A DNA stretch of 64,000 bases from an uncultured Chloroflexia bacterium. GTDB taxonomy: Bacteria > Chloroflexota > Limnocylindria > Limnocylindrales > CSP1-4. The position numbers were made by a program, and so were the translations under genes. Numbering within the stretch: the stretch's first letter is position 1; each line of letters opens with the position of its first letter. This document shows positions 18,440 through 28,734 of the stretch, piece after piece. The stretch is taken from contig CAWEZH010000002.1 of assembly GCA_963813535.1 (NCBI GenBank), positions 1,312,001-1,376,000 on the forward strand, given 5' to 3'. The notes beneath the pieces were generated by a model, which was not told the DNA's origin, did not search any database, and was given only the letters and a program-made list of their open reading frames with translations.

Positions 18440-19468
18440 TCAGGGGCCCGCCGTCGCGGCTGCCGAGGGGATGCCCTGCTCGCTGCCGATCAGACGATGC
18501 TCATCAGCGAGGCGTCGATAGATGGCGGCCGTCGCACCGATGGCGTCCCGATAAGGCGTCACCGGGACGTCGCCGAGCTCAGCCACGCAGTCGTGGGCGA
18601 TGTCCGCCGGGAATGGCAGCTCGGTCGGGGCGACAGTGATGCGACCGGCCGCCTCGGGCACGGCGTCCTCGATCGCCCGGACCCAGTCGTCGAGGGCGAC
18701 TGCATCGCCGCCGAGGTTGTATACAGGCGAGCCGCCGCCGGGGCTGCGGCTGGCGAGGATGAGCGTCCGGGCCACGTCCTCGGCGTACTGGAACAGCGTG
18801 CGCCCGCCGAACGAGATCTCGAATGGCTCTCCGAGGACCGCCGCGGCGATCGCCACGGTCGGGCTGCTCGTCATGCCCTGGTCGCGCCCGGCACCGTACA
18901 CGGTCATCGGCCGTAGCCCGACGCTCGACACGCCGTAGTCGGCCCAGTACAGCCGCGCCGTTCCCTCGTTCGCCAGCTTGTAGACGCCATACAGATTGCC
19001 CGGATGGGCATCGGCATCCTCCTCGAGTCGGCCCGTCGCCGCATCGACATCCGATGGCGCATACATCCCGATCGACCCCGTGTACACGACAGGCGCCATG
19101 CCCGGACCGCGGCGTCGGACCGCCTCGAACACGTTGACGGTGCCCGTGACATTGACCTGCGCCCCGCGGACCGGATCGGCGCGGCAGAACGGGACCTGCA
19201 GTGCCGCCAGGTGGATGACGTTCGTGACGTCATGGTCGGCCAGGGCGCCCTCGAGCGAGCCGAGATCGGTGATGTCCCCATTGACGACGGTCACACGATC
19301 CAGTTCGTCGGGCTCGACGATCTGGGCGATGCGCCGCGGGTCGCGACCAAGGTCGAACGCGACCACCGGAACGCCCTCACGGACCAGCGTTCGCACGGTC
19401 CACGCTCCGATGCAACCGAGCGCGCCGGTGACGAGGAACCGCTCGCCGCGCCCGTCCGGCGCGGTCAC
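18440..19468 (-). CDS. NAD-dependent epimerase/dehydratase (extended SDR)
   Basis: FLVTGALGCIG, IHLAAL, YGVYK (YxxxK), LRPMTVYG; GTGA-coupled to the FAH gene. Confidence 0.9.
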   Translation of the reverse strand: MTAPDGRGERFLVTGALGCIGAWTVRTLVREGVPVVAFDLGRDPRRIAQIVEPDELDRVTVVNGDITDLGSLEGALADHDVTNVIHLAALQVPFCRADPVRGAQVNVTGTVNVFEAVRRRGPGMAPVVYTGSIGMYAPSDVDAATGRLEEDADAHPGNLYGVYKLANEGTARLYWADYGVSSVGLRPMTVYGAGRDQGMTSSPTVAIAAAVLGEPFEISFGGRTLFQYAEDVARTLILASRSPGGGSPVYNLGGDAVALDDWVRAIEDAVPEAAGRITVAPTELPFPADIAHDCVAELGDVPVTPYRDAIGATAAIYRRLADEHRLIGSEQGIPSAAATAGP

Positions 19469-20349
19469 GCTGCCGCCTCGCCGCGGTCGAACCGGCAGGT
19501 GTTCTCGAGCCGGCCGATGCCATCGATCTCGACGACGACGCGGGCCCCGTCCCCGAGGAAGCGGGGCGGGTCGCGGAAGGCGCCGACACCTGCCGGCGTG
19601 CCGGTTGCGATGACATCGCCGGGCTCGAGCGTGAATGCCTCCGAGCAATGACTGATGATCTCCGCGACCGAGAAGTACATCAGCGCGGTGCTGGCGTCCT
19701 GGACGACCTCGCCGTCGACCGTGCAGCGGATCGCCAGCTGTTGTGGATCGCCGACCACATCGGCCGTGACCAGATACGGGCCCATCGGGCAGAACGTATC
19801 CAGCGATTTGCCGCGGATCCACTGCCCGTCACCGAACTGCAGGTCACGAGCCGACACATCGTTGAGGCAGGTGTACCCGAACACGTGATCGAGCGCGGCG
19901 TCAGGCGCCACCCGACGCGCCGTCCGGCCGATGACGACAGCGAGCTCCGCCTCCCAGTCGACCTGGCCAGTGAGTCCCGGATCCCACCGGATGTCGACGC
20001 CCGGGCCGATCACCGAGCTCGGCCACTTCGCGAAGATGAGCGGGGCCGCAGGCGGCTCGACACCCTCCTCGGCGGCGTGCTCGCGGTAGTTGCGCCCGAT
20101 CGCGACGATCTTGCCGGGCCGCGGCACGGGGGCCAGAAGCTCGATGTCGGCGAGGGGCCGACCGCGCTCGGCGATGCGTGCCTTGGACGCCGCGGCGCGC
20201 AGCTCGTCGACGACGTCGCGCCCGGCACGGAGCAGGGCGCCGATCGTGGCCGGACCACCCGGGACGACCGAAGTGGCGGGAAGCCAGCGGTCGGCATCGA
20301 CGACGCCCAGCGTCTCGATGTCCGCGGACTGGCAGGAGAGCAAGCGCAC
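19465..20349 (-). CDS. Fumarylacetoacetate hydrolase family protein (likely 2,4-diketo-3-deoxy-aldonate hydrolase)
   Basis: KIVAIGRNY, DWEAELAVVIG, NDVSARD, KSLDTFCPMGP, PGDVIATGTP; GGAG RBS before GTG 20349. Confidence 0.9.
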   Translation of the reverse strand: MRLLSCQSADIETLGVVDADRWLPATSVVPGGPATIGALLRAGRDVVDELRAAASKARIAERGRPLADIELLAPVPRPGKIVAIGRNYREHAAEEGVEPPAAPLIFAKWPSSVIGPGVDIRWDPGLTGQVDWEAELAVVIGRTARRVAPDAALDHVFGYTCLNDVSARDLQFGDGQWIRGKSLDTFCPMGPYLVTADVVGDPQQLAIRCTVDGEVVQDASTALMYFSVAEIISHCSEAFTLEPGDVIATGTPAGVGAFRDPPRFLGDGARVVVEIDGIGRLENTCRFDRGEAAA

Positions 20350-20363
20350 GGTCGCTCCACTGT

Positions 20364-20379
20364 GTTCAGCATTCTGGCC
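20364..20379. promoter_or_regulatory. Candidate IclR operator copy (GTTCAGCATTCTGGCC)
   Basis: 13/16 identical to the 23287-23302 site; lies in the divergent FAH/AKR promoter region. Confidence 0.6.
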
Positions 20380-20458
20380 GTTGGACCGAGGACTGGACGA
20401 TACGCTAGCCTCTGCATTCGCGTCAATCACAACGGGCGTCGCGAGGATATGGTGAGTC

Positions 20459-21487
20459 ATGGCGCTCGATCCCAAGGAACGTGTCGCGCTCGGCCGAACG
20501 GGGTTGACGGTGACGCGGCTTGCGCTCGGCGGGGCATCGATCGGCGGGCTGTTCTCGGCAGTCGACGAGGCGGCAGCGATCGCGACGGTCCGCCACGCCT
20601 GGGACCTCGGTGTTCGCACGTTCGACACCGCCCCGCTCTACGGCTACGGCACATCGGAACGCCGCATGGGACAGGCCCTGAAGGACCGGCCGCGGGACGC
20701 ATTCGTGCTGTCCACCAAGGTCGGTCGATTGGTCCACCACGAATCCGCGATCCGCGCTGGGGCCGACGTCGACCGGCAGCGCCTCGGGACGAAGGACGAT
20801 GCGTACTACGAGCGGGCCGAGCCCCTCCGCATCGTGTTCGACTACAGCGCCGACGGCGTGCGCCGGTCACTCGAGGCGAGTCTCGAGCGACTCGGCCTCG
20901 ACCGCGTCGACATCGCGCTGATCCATGACCCCGACGATCACTGGCGGGAGGCGATCGACGGCGCGTGGCCGGCCCTCGCCCGGCTTCGCGACGAGGGCGT
21001 CGTGCGCGCGGTCGGCGCGGGCATGAACCGATCGGAGATGCTCACCCGCTTCGCCCGTGAGACCGACATGGATGTCCTCCTGCTCGCGAACCGCTACACG
21101 CTGCTGGACCAGGGCGCCCTGGCGACGCTGCTGCCCGCCTGCGCCGAGCGTGGGATCGCGATCCTGCTCGGCGGGGTGATGAACACCGGGATCCTGGCCG
21201 ACCCCCGGCCCGGCAGCCGGTTCGACTATGGGCCGGCTCGCGCCGACCTCGTGGCCCAGGCCCAGCGGCTTGCCGCGGTCTGCGCGCGGTACGACGTCCC
21301 GCTTCGTGCCGCCGCGATCCAGTTCCCGCTCGCGCACCCGGCGGTCGCCTCGTTGGTCGCCGGCGTTCGAAGCATCGCCCATCTCGACGACTATCCGGCG
21401 ATGATGGCGGTGCCCATCCCGGCCGACCTTTGGACCGAGCTCCGAGCCGAGGGCCTGATCGCGCCCGAGGCGCCGGTGCCCGCATGA
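20459..21487 (+). CDS. Aldo/keto reductase, L-fucose / D-threo-aldose 1-dehydrogenase-like
   Basis: FDTAPLYGYGTSE, LSTKVGR, FDYSADGVRRSLEASLERLG, IHDPD; pathway context. Confidence 0.85.
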   Translation: MALDPKERVALGRTGLTVTRLALGGASIGGLFSAVDEAAAIATVRHAWDLGVRTFDTAPLYGYGTSERRMGQALKDRPRDAFVLSTKVGRLVHHESAIRAGADVDRQRLGTKDDAYYERAEPLRIVFDYSADGVRRSLEASLERLGLDRVDIALIHDPDDHWREAIDGAWPALARLRDEGVVRAVGAGMNRSEMLTRFARETDMDVLLLANRYTLLDQGALATLLPACAERGIAILLGGVMNTGILADPRPGSRFDYGPARADLVAQAQRLAAVCARYDVPLRAAAIQFPLAHPAVASLVAGVRSIAHLDDYPAMMAVPIPADLWTELRAEGLIAPEAPVPA

Positions 21488-22332
21488 CGCCGATCCAGAC
21501 CGTCGACGCCCACCACCACTTCTGGGATCCGGCGACAGCCGACTATCCGTGGCTGACCGACGACCTCGCGGTCATCCGCCGGCCATTCGCTCCCGACGAC
21601 CTCGAGCCTGAACTCGAGGCCGCGGGGATCGACGCCACGGTCCTCGTGCAGACGCGATCGAGCCTCGATGAGACGCGCGAGTTCCTGCAGCTGGCCGAAG
21701 CGACGCCGTTCATCCGTGGCGTGATCGGTTGGGTGGATCTCACCGCGGCCACCGTGGGAGAGACGATCGCAGCCCTCCGCTCCGTGCCGGGTGGCGACCG
21801 TCTCGTCGGCATCCGCCACCAGGTCCACGACGAGCCGGACCCCGAGTGGCTCCTGAGAGATGAGGTCGTCGACGGGATCCGCGCCGTCGGCGCCGCGGGT
21901 CTCGCGTATGACCTCCTGATCCGACCGCGCGAGCTACCGGCTGCCCTGCGAGTGGCGCGGCGACTGCCGGAGGTCCGATTCGTCATCGACCACTTGGCCA
22001 AGCCGCCGATCGCGGGCGGGGATGGGCAGGGGTGGTGGGACGGGATCGCGGCCTTCGCCGCGCTCGACCATGTCGCGTGCAAGATCTCGGGCCTGGTGAC
22101 CGAGGCGTCGTGGTCGTCGTGGACGCCCTCGATCCTGCAGCCGTACGTCGACCACGCGATCGCGGCCTTCGGACCGACCCGACTCATGTTCGGATCTGAC
22201 TGGCCGGTCTGCCTGCTCGCTGCGACCTACGCCCAGGTGGTCGATGTCGCGCGTACGACGCTCGGCAGCCTCACGCCGTCGGAGCGGGCGGCGGTGTTCG
22301 GGGTGAACGCGGCACGCATCTACCGGCTATGA
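21484..22332 (+). CDS. Amidohydrolase, L-fuconolactonase-like
   Basis: DAHHHFW, VIDHLAKP, KISGL, RLMFGSDWPV. Confidence 0.88.
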   Translation: MTPIQTVDAHHHFWDPATADYPWLTDDLAVIRRPFAPDDLEPELEAAGIDATVLVQTRSSLDETREFLQLAEATPFIRGVIGWVDLTAATVGETIAALRSVPGGDRLVGIRHQVHDEPDPEWLLRDEVVDGIRAVGAAGLAYDLLIRPRELPAALRVARRLPEVRFVIDHLAKPPIAGGDGQGWWDGIAAFAALDHVACKISGLVTEASWSSWTPSILQPYVDHAIAAFGPTRLMFGSDWPVCLLAATYAQVVDVARTTLGSLTPSERAAVFGVNAARIYRL

Positions 22333-23165
22333 CCGTCGGTGCGGAGGCGTGCCGCGCCGCTGGCCGGCGCCGAGCGCAGGGGATCCGATAGCCGATCGGT
22401 GAGCCGATGCAGGTCGGCGATGAGGGCCGGCACACGGTCGTACGTGGCACGTGCCTTGAGCAATGTGATGCTCGCGGCATATGGGCCGTCGCCCGGTCCG
22501 CGGCCGGGGATCGCGATGCCGAAGCAGACCACCCCCTCCACGGTCTCCTCATCGTCCATCGAGTAGCCGCGCTGCCGCACGACCGCCAGATCGGCCAAGA
22601 GCGCCTCGAGCGTCCGCAGCGACCGGCGCGTCAGGCTCGGCAGCTCGACGCCCCGCAACCGGTCCTCTACCTCGGCCGGATCGAGCGCCGCCAGGGCCGC
22701 CTTGCCCGTCGCCGTGACGCTGGCCGGGAGGCGCCGACCGATCTGCGAGGTGAGGCGGACCGGCTGTCGCCCGTCATGACGGGCGAGATAGGTCATCTCT
22801 CCTCCGTCGAGGACGGCGAGTTGGATCGTCTCGTCCGAGCCGGCCTCGAGCTCCAGGCACGCGTCGTAGAACTCCCGGACGAGGTCGATCGTCGCGAGAT
22901 ACGCGCCGCCGAGCTCGGCTAGCCGGCGGCCGAGGGCGAAGCCCGTGCCGACCCGTCGGACCAGGCCGGCGTCGGCGAGCGCGCCGCAGACATTGGCGAT
23001 GGATGACTTCGGCAGACCAAGCCGGCGAGCGAGCTCGCTCGGTCCCGCCGCGACCCCGCCGTTCTCAGCGAGCAGGTCGAGGATCGCGGCCGCGCGGGTG
23101 ACCGCCGGAGCGAGCGACTCGCTCTCGGCGACCGCGTCGTCCTCGGCTCGAACCGTGTCGGTCAT
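22320..23165 (-). CDS. IclR family transcriptional regulator
   Basis: APAVTRAAAILDLL, HTH LARRLGLPKSS, TATGKAALA, RQRGYSMDDEE. Confidence 0.92.
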   Translation of the reverse strand: MTDTVRAEDDAVAESESLAPAVTRAAAILDLLAENGGVAAGPSELARRLGLPKSSIANVCGALADAGLVRRVGTGFALGRRLAELGGAYLATIDLVREFYDACLELEAGSDETIQLAVLDGGEMTYLARHDGRQPVRLTSQIGRRLPASVTATGKAALAALDPAEVEDRLRGVELPSLTRRSLRTLEALLADLAVVRQRGYSMDDEETVEGVVCFGIAIPGRGPGDGPYAASITLLKARATYDRVPALIADLHRLTDRLSDPLRSAPASGAARLRTDGHSR

Positions 23166-23286
23166 CGCCTTCTACCCCTCGATCTCGGTAGCGAACGTCC
23201 GGCCAATACCGGTCAACCTGCTGAACCGCGTGCGATATCTTGACTTTGGTCGCGGTGTCGCCATACTGGCCAGCATACCGCCGTCC

Positions 23287-23302
23287 GTTCAGTATGCTGG
23301 AC
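23287..23302. promoter_or_regulatory. Candidate IclR operator (GTTCAGTATGCTGGAC); related reverse copy at 23211-23226
   Basis: Imperfect palindrome between the divergent iclR and ABC genes; recurs at 20364. Confidence 0.65.
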
Positions 23303-23338
23303 GATGCGCGGAGAATGTCAAGAGGAGGGCCTCACGCC

Positions 23339-24898
23339 GTGTCTCGGTTCCGCATGGTCGCGGCAGCGATCATCCCGATTCTCGTCCTGACGGCCTGCAG
23401 CCCATCGGCCAGTCCGTCGCCATCCGCATCGGCCGCGTCGGCCGAGCCGCCGCCGTCGGCATCGGCGTCGGCGGAAGCCACGCCCGCCGGCTCGCCGGGC
23501 ACCAAGTTCGCCGGCATCAGCGTCAATCTCCTCACCTTCAACGGTCCGCAAGTCGCAGAGCCGCTCCAGCGGCGCGCTCCGGACTGGGAGCAGCTTACCG
23601 GCGGCCACGTCAATGTCGTCGCGGTCGGTTTCCAGACGATCTACGACAAGGCGCTGCTCGACGCGTCGACCGGGACGAACTCGTTCGACGGCTACGTCTT
23701 CGACCCGCAGTGGCTGGGCGACTTCGTCGGCCCGGGCTATCTGCTCGACCTCACCGACCGGGTGTCGGCCGACAGCCAGCTCGATTGGCAGGACATCGGG
23801 CCGTTCTTCCGTGACTTCAACGCCACCTACAACGGCAAGGTCTACACGATCCCGCTCGACGGCGACTTCCACATGGTCTATTACCGATCCGACCTGCTGG
23901 AGAAGGATGGCTTGAAGCCGCCGGCCACGTGGGACGACTACATGACGATCGCCGCGAAGTACAACGGCCAGGACCTCAACGAAGACGGTGAGCCGGACTA
24001 CGGCTCGTGCATCGCCAAGAAGAAGGGCGCCCAGAGCTACTGGTGGATCATCTCCATCGCGGCCGGCCTGCTGCAGGGCAAGGGCACCAACGAAGGCGCG
24101 TTCTTCGACACGGCCAACCTGAACCCGCTGTTCGGCCAGAACGACGCCATCACCAAGGCCCTCGACATGTACGCCAAGACGGCGACCGTCGGCCCGCCCG
24201 ATGAGCTGAACATGGACGTCGGCGGCACGCGCGGCCTGTTCACCACCGGACGTTGCGCGCTGTCCATGGACTGGGGCGACATCGGGACGCTGGCCCCGGG
24301 CACGTACGCCCAGGACAAGACCGGCGCCACGATCACCCCAGGCTGGAAGGAGGTCCTCGATCGCTCGAGCGGCAAGCTCGTCGCCTGCGATGGGACGACG
24401 TGCCCGAACGCCGTCGATGGCGTGAACTACGCGCCGTTCGCCTCGTTCGGCGGCTGGTCGGGGGCGGTCAACGCCGCCTCTCCCAAGGAGAACCAGGACG
24501 CCGTCTACGACTTCCTGTCGTACATGAGCGCCCCGGCCCAGTCCGGCATCGATGTCACACTGGGCAAGACCGGCTACAACCCGTATCGGACGTCACACTT
24601 CTCGAATATCCAGCCGTGGATCGATGCGGGTCTCAGCCAGGCCGCCGCCGAGAATTACCTCGGCGCCATCAAGTCCAGCCTCGAGAACTCGAACATGGTC
24701 CTCGACATGCGGATCCCGCTGACCAAGCGCTACCAGCAGGACGTGCTGGATACGGCGGTCTCGCAATACCTCGCCGGCGAACTCGATGCCGCTGGCGCAG
24801 AGCAGGCGATCGCCGACGGCTGGAACGCGATCAGCGACGAGGCCGGGAAGGACGCCCAGCTCGCCGCGTATGTCGCCAGTCTTGGCGTCGAGCGGTAG
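23339..24898 (+). CDS. Sugar ABC transporter substrate-binding lipoprotein
   Basis: AGAGGAGG RBS, lipobox LTAC, Ser/Ala/Pro linker, IPLDGDFHMVYYRSDL. Confidence 0.9.
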   Translation: MSRFRMVAAAIIPILVLTACSPSASPSPSASAASAEPPPSASASAEATPAGSPGTKFAGISVNLLTFNGPQVAEPLQRRAPDWEQLTGGHVNVVAVGFQTIYDKALLDASTGTNSFDGYVFDPQWLGDFVGPGYLLDLTDRVSADSQLDWQDIGPFFRDFNATYNGKVYTIPLDGDFHMVYYRSDLLEKDGLKPPATWDDYMTIAAKYNGQDLNEDGEPDYGSCIAKKKGAQSYWWIISIAAGLLQGKGTNEGAFFDTANLNPLFGQNDAITKALDMYAKTATVGPPDELNMDVGGTRGLFTTGRCALSMDWGDIGTLAPGTYAQDKTGATITPGWKEVLDRSSGKLVACDGTTCPNAVDGVNYAPFASFGGWSGAVNAASPKENQDAVYDFLSYMSAPAQSGIDVTLGKTGYNPYRTSHFSNIQPWIDAGLSQAAAENYLGAIKSSLENSNMVLDMRIPLTKRYQQDVLDTAVSQYLAGELDAAGAEQAIADGWNAISDEAGKDAQLAAYVASLGVER

Positions 24899-24917
24899 CT
24901 CAGCCTCAGCCGACCAA

Positions 24918-24947
24918 GGGAGCCTGAGCGTCGACGGTCAGGCTCCC
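24918..24947 (+). other. Intra-operon stem-loop after the substrate-binding gene
   Basis: GGGAGCCTGA...TCAGGCTCCC, 10-bp stem. Confidence 0.6.
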
Positions 24948-24971
24948 GAAACCCGCGAACCGCGCCGAGCG

Positions 24972-26075
24972 ATGACGTCGCTCGGCGCGTGGCGTTCCGA
25001 CGGGGCGGCTCGCTGGCTGTTCATCTGGCCCACGGTCCTGTTCATCCTCGTCCTGTCGCTCTTCCCCCTGGTCGCCTCGCTCGCGCTATCGCTCTCGAGG
25101 CTGGCCTTCCACCAGGGTGGCGTCGACCTCAAGTTCATCGGATTCACGAACTACCAGCAGCTCCTCTTCGGTCTGGAGCGCAGCCACTTCCTCGGCGTCC
25201 TCAAGTCCCCGTCGCCCGTGGGCTGGGCGATCCTCATCGCGACGATCGCGGTCACCACGTACGCCTGGATGCGCTCAGCGCGGAGCGGCCAGGTCGGCCC
25301 GTTCGGGCTCGTCCTCCGCTTGTTCGGCGGCCTACTGCTGGTCGGGTTCGTCTGGCTGCTGGTGCAGACCATGGCAAGCGAGGGAGGTCGTCCCGGGTCG
25401 CTGATCGTGACGTTGATCTTCGTGGTCGTGGGGATCGCGCTCCAGTACCTGCTGGGGCTCGGTCTCGCCCTGCTCGCGGTCCAGCAGGTGCCATGGCGCC
25501 GCTTCTTCCGGATCGTCTTCCTGATCCCGTTGACGATCACGCCGGTCGGCGTCGGGTACATGTTCCTCATGCTGACCGACACCTCGAAGGGACCGCTCGA
25601 ACCCCTCTGGGTCGCTCTCGGTCTGCGCGACTTCACGTGGGTGACCGATCCATGGCTGGCCCGGGCCGCCGTGATCATCGGCGACACGTGGCAGTGGACG
25701 CCGTTCGTGTTCATCGTGCTGCTGGCCGCCGTCGAGAGCCTCGACCAGGAGGTGCGTGAGGCGGCGCTCGCCGATGGCGCCAGCCGCTGGCAGTCGTTCC
25801 GGCACATCACGTTCCCTGCCTTGCTGCCAGTGACGACGACCATCATCCTCATCCGCCTCATCGAGGGTTTCAAGATCATCGACATGCCGAACATCCTGCT
25901 GGGCGGTGGCCCAGGGACGGCGACGCAATCGATGACGCTCCAGGCGTACATCGACTGGAACACGCTGAACCTCGGCCGGTCGGCCGCGGTCGCCTATCTC
26001 CTGCTCCTCCTGGTGACGATCATCGCGACCGTGTACGTCAGCCTGGTCCGGCGACGGGTGACGGAGACCGTATGA
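24972..26075 (+). CDS. Sugar ABC permease (MalF-like)
   Basis: WQWTPFVFIVLLAA, EAALADGAS (EAA loop). Start uncertain. Confidence 0.88.
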   Translation: MTSLGAWRSDGAARWLFIWPTVLFILVLSLFPLVASLALSLSRLAFHQGGVDLKFIGFTNYQQLLFGLERSHFLGVLKSPSPVGWAILIATIAVTTYAWMRSARSGQVGPFGLVLRLFGGLLLVGFVWLLVQTMASEGGRPGSLIVTLIFVVVGIALQYLLGLGLALLAVQQVPWRRFFRIVFLIPLTITPVGVGYMFLMLTDTSKGPLEPLWVALGLRDFTWVTDPWLARAAVIIGDTWQWTPFVFIVLLAAVESLDQEVREAALADGASRWQSFRHITFPALLPVTTTIILIRLIEGFKIIDMPNILLGGGPGTATQSMTLQAYIDWNTLNLGRSAAVAYLLLLLVTIIATVYVSLVRRRVTETV

Positions 26076-27097
26076 CCAACCCGTTCCGCCGCCGATCCGC
26101 GGCCGATCTCTCGGTGCCGGCCAAGATCGTCGCGTTCCTGCTCCTGTGTGGCTGGGCGATCGTCGTCCTGTTCCCGATCTACTGGTTGATCGTGACGTCG
26201 TTCAAGACCCCGTACGACGTCGACAAGGGTCCGTTCTACCTGCCGTTCGTGGATTTCCAGCCGACCCTCGATGCGTGGCGCTACATCCTGGTCGAGCTCG
26301 GCAATGACACGCTCCGCCCGTACGTGAACACGGTGATCGTGGGCCTGACCAGCGCGACCATCGCCCTGGTGATGGGGTCGTTCACGGCCTACGCACTCGT
26401 GCGCTTCACCTATCGGCCAAAGCTCGGGCTGATCGGCGTGGCCATCGGGACGATCGCGTTCGCGTTCGTGGCCATGGCCATCGGAGCGCCCGTGCCGATC
26501 GCCGTCGCTGCGGCCGTCGCGATCTTCATCCTGCTCGCCCAGACGATCGGGCGGCGCTTCCGCCGGACACTGGCCAACAGCGACATCGCGTTCTGGCTGA
26601 TCTCGCAGCGGATCCTGCCGCCGATCGCCATCGCGATCCCGCTCTACGTGCTGTTCCAGCAGGTCGGGCTGCTGGACAGCCTGGCGGCACTCGTGATCAC
26701 CTACGTCGCTGCCAACCTCCCGATCGTCGTCTGGCTCATGCGCGAGTACTTCATGTCGCTGCCGCGCGAGCTCGAGGAGTCCGCCGCCGTCGACGGTGCG
26801 TCGGTCTACCAGATCGTGCGGTCGATCGTGCTGCCCATCTCGGTACCGGGCCTGGTGGCGACATTTCTCATCGTCCTGATCTTCGCGTGGAACGAATTCC
26901 TCATCGCGCTCGTGCTGACCAGCGCCGATGCGCAGACGATGCCCCTCCAGGTCGCCGCCCAGAATGCGACCCGCGGGCCGCAGTGGTGGGCGATGTCGGT
27001 CCTGATCATCATCATGATCACCCCCGTGGTCGTGATGGCGATCGCCCTCGAGCGGTTCATCACACGGGGCATCCTCGTCGGTGCATTGAAGGGCTGA
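26072..27097 (+). CDS. Sugar ABC permease (MalG-like)
   Basis: LPRELEESAAVDGAS, FAWNEF, ends GALKG. Confidence 0.9.
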   Translation: MTNPFRRRSAADLSVPAKIVAFLLLCGWAIVVLFPIYWLIVTSFKTPYDVDKGPFYLPFVDFQPTLDAWRYILVELGNDTLRPYVNTVIVGLTSATIALVMGSFTAYALVRFTYRPKLGLIGVAIGTIAFAFVAMAIGAPVPIAVAAAVAIFILLAQTIGRRFRRTLANSDIAFWLISQRILPPIAIAIPLYVLFQQVGLLDSLAALVITYVAANLPIVVWLMREYFMSLPRELEESAAVDGASVYQIVRSIVLPISVPGLVATFLIVLIFAWNEFLIALVLTSADAQTMPLQVAAQNATRGPQWWAMSVLIIIMITPVVVMAIALERFITRGILVGALKG

Positions 27098-27100
27098 GGC

Positions 27101-28402
27101 GTGACCAGGATCTCCGAGCTCGACGTCCTCGACATCCGCTTCCCGACGTCACGCGACCTCGATGGGTCGGACGCGATGAACCCGGACCCCGACTACTCCG
27201 CGGCGTACGTCGTCGTCCGCGACAAGGCCGGTGACGACCTCGAGGGCCACGGCCTGACGTTCACGATCGGACGCGGCACGGAGGTCGTCGTCTCGGCGGT
27301 CGAGGCACTCCGGCCGTTGGTCGTGGGACGCTCGAGCGAGGAGCTGTTCGCCGACATGGGCGCGTTCTGGCGGTCGCTGGTCGGCGATAGCCAGCTGCGC
27401 TGGATCGGCCCGGAGAAGGGCGTCATCCACCTCGCCACGGCCGCGGTCGTCAACGCGGTGTGGGACCTGTTCGCGAAGCGGGCCGGGAAGCCGCTCTGGC
27501 AGCTCGTCGCCGACATGTCACCGGCCGAGCAGGTCGCGCTGGTCGACTTCCGCTACATCACCGACCTGCTAACGCCCGACGCCGCCCTCGCCCGTCTCGA
27601 GCGACTGGCACCGACACGTGGTGAGCGCGTGGCGGAGCTGCGGCGCGACGGCTATCCCGCGTACACCACGTCCGTCGGATGGCTCGGCTACCCGGACGAC
27701 AAGGTGCGTCGCCTGTGCCGGGAGGCGATCGCCGAGGGCTGGACCCGCTTCAAGATGAAGGTCGGGGCGGACGTGGCCGACGACATCCGGCGGGGCGGCA
27801 TCATCCGCGAGGAGATCGGCCCCGACCGCATGCTGGCGGTCGACGCCAACCAGCGCTGGGACGTGGGGCAGGCGATCGACTGGATGCGCCAGCTCGCGCC
27901 CATCGACCCGTACTGGATCGAGGAGCCGACGAGTCCCGACGACATCCTCGGTCACGCGGCGATCGCCCGGGCCGTGGCGCCGGTCAGGGTCGCGACCGGC
28001 GAACACGTCCACAACCGGGTGATGTTCAAACAGCTATTGCAAGCCGACGCGATCGGCGTTTGCCAGATCGACGCGTGCCGGCTTGGCGGCGTCAACGAGG
28101 TCCTGGCGGTCCTGCTCATGTCGGCCGAGACCGGTGTTCCGGTCTGCCCGCACGCCGGCGGCGTCGGACTGTGTGAGTTGGTCCAGCACCTGTCGATCAT
28201 CGACTACGTGTGCGTCAGCGGCTCACTCGAGGGCCGGATGATCGAGTACGTCGACCACCTCCACGAGCACTTCCTCGACCCGGTGATCATCCGCGATGGG
28301 TCGTACCTGGTCCCGACGCGGCCCGGCTACAGCGCCCAGATGCGGCCCGCGTCGCTCGAGCGATACCGCTACCCGGGCGGTGCCGCCTGGGCGAACGCGT
28401 GA
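27101..28402 (+). CDS. L-fuconate dehydratase (enolase superfamily)
   Basis: [62 protein letters not shown]. Confidence 0.93.
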   Translation: MTRISELDVLDIRFPTSRDLDGSDAMNPDPDYSAAYVVVRDKAGDDLEGHGLTFTIGRGTEVVVSAVEALRPLVVGRSSEELFADMGAFWRSLVGDSQLRWIGPEKGVIHLATAAVVNAVWDLFAKRAGKPLWQLVADMSPAEQVALVDFRYITDLLTPDAALARLERLAPTRGERVAELRRDGYPAYTTSVGWLGYPDDKVRRLCREAIAEGWTRFKMKVGADVADDIRRGGIIREEIGPDRMLAVDANQRWDVGQAIDWMRQLAPIDPYWIEEPTSPDDILGHAAIARAVAPVRVATGEHVHNRVMFKQLLQADAIGVCQIDACRLGGVNEVLAVLLMSAETGVPVCPHAGGVGLCELVQHLSIIDYVCVSGSLEGRMIEYVDHLHEHFLDPVIIRDGSYLVPTRPGYSAQMRPASLERYRYPGGAAWANA

Positions 28403-28722
28403 AGCGGTACGGCCAGCGGATCCGAGTCCGCCCCGAGTCCATCGAGGATTACGAGCGGCTGCACGCCGACCCGTGGCCGGGCGTGCTCGAACGGATCCAC
28501 CGCTCGAACATCCGCAACTACTCGATCTTTCGGCACGGGACCGACCTGTTCGCCTACTTCGAGTACGTCGGCGACGACTTCGCGGCGGACATGGCGGCGA
28601 TGGCCGCCGACGAGACCACCCAGCGCTGGTGGGCCCTCACCGACGCCATGCAGGACCCGCTGCCCGACCGCCAGCCGGGCACCTGGTGGACGGCGATCGA
28701 GGAGGTCTTCCACACCGACTGA
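28399..28722 (+). CDS. L-rhamnose/L-fucose mutarotase family protein
   Basis: [32 protein letters not shown]; GTGA overlap. Confidence 0.9.
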   Translation: MKRYGQRIRVRPESIEDYERLHADPWPGVLERIHRSNIRNYSIFRHGTDLFAYFEYVGDDFAADMAAMAADETTQRWWALTDAMQDPLPDRQPGTWWTAIEEVFHTD

Positions 28723-28734
28723 CCGCCGGTCCGG

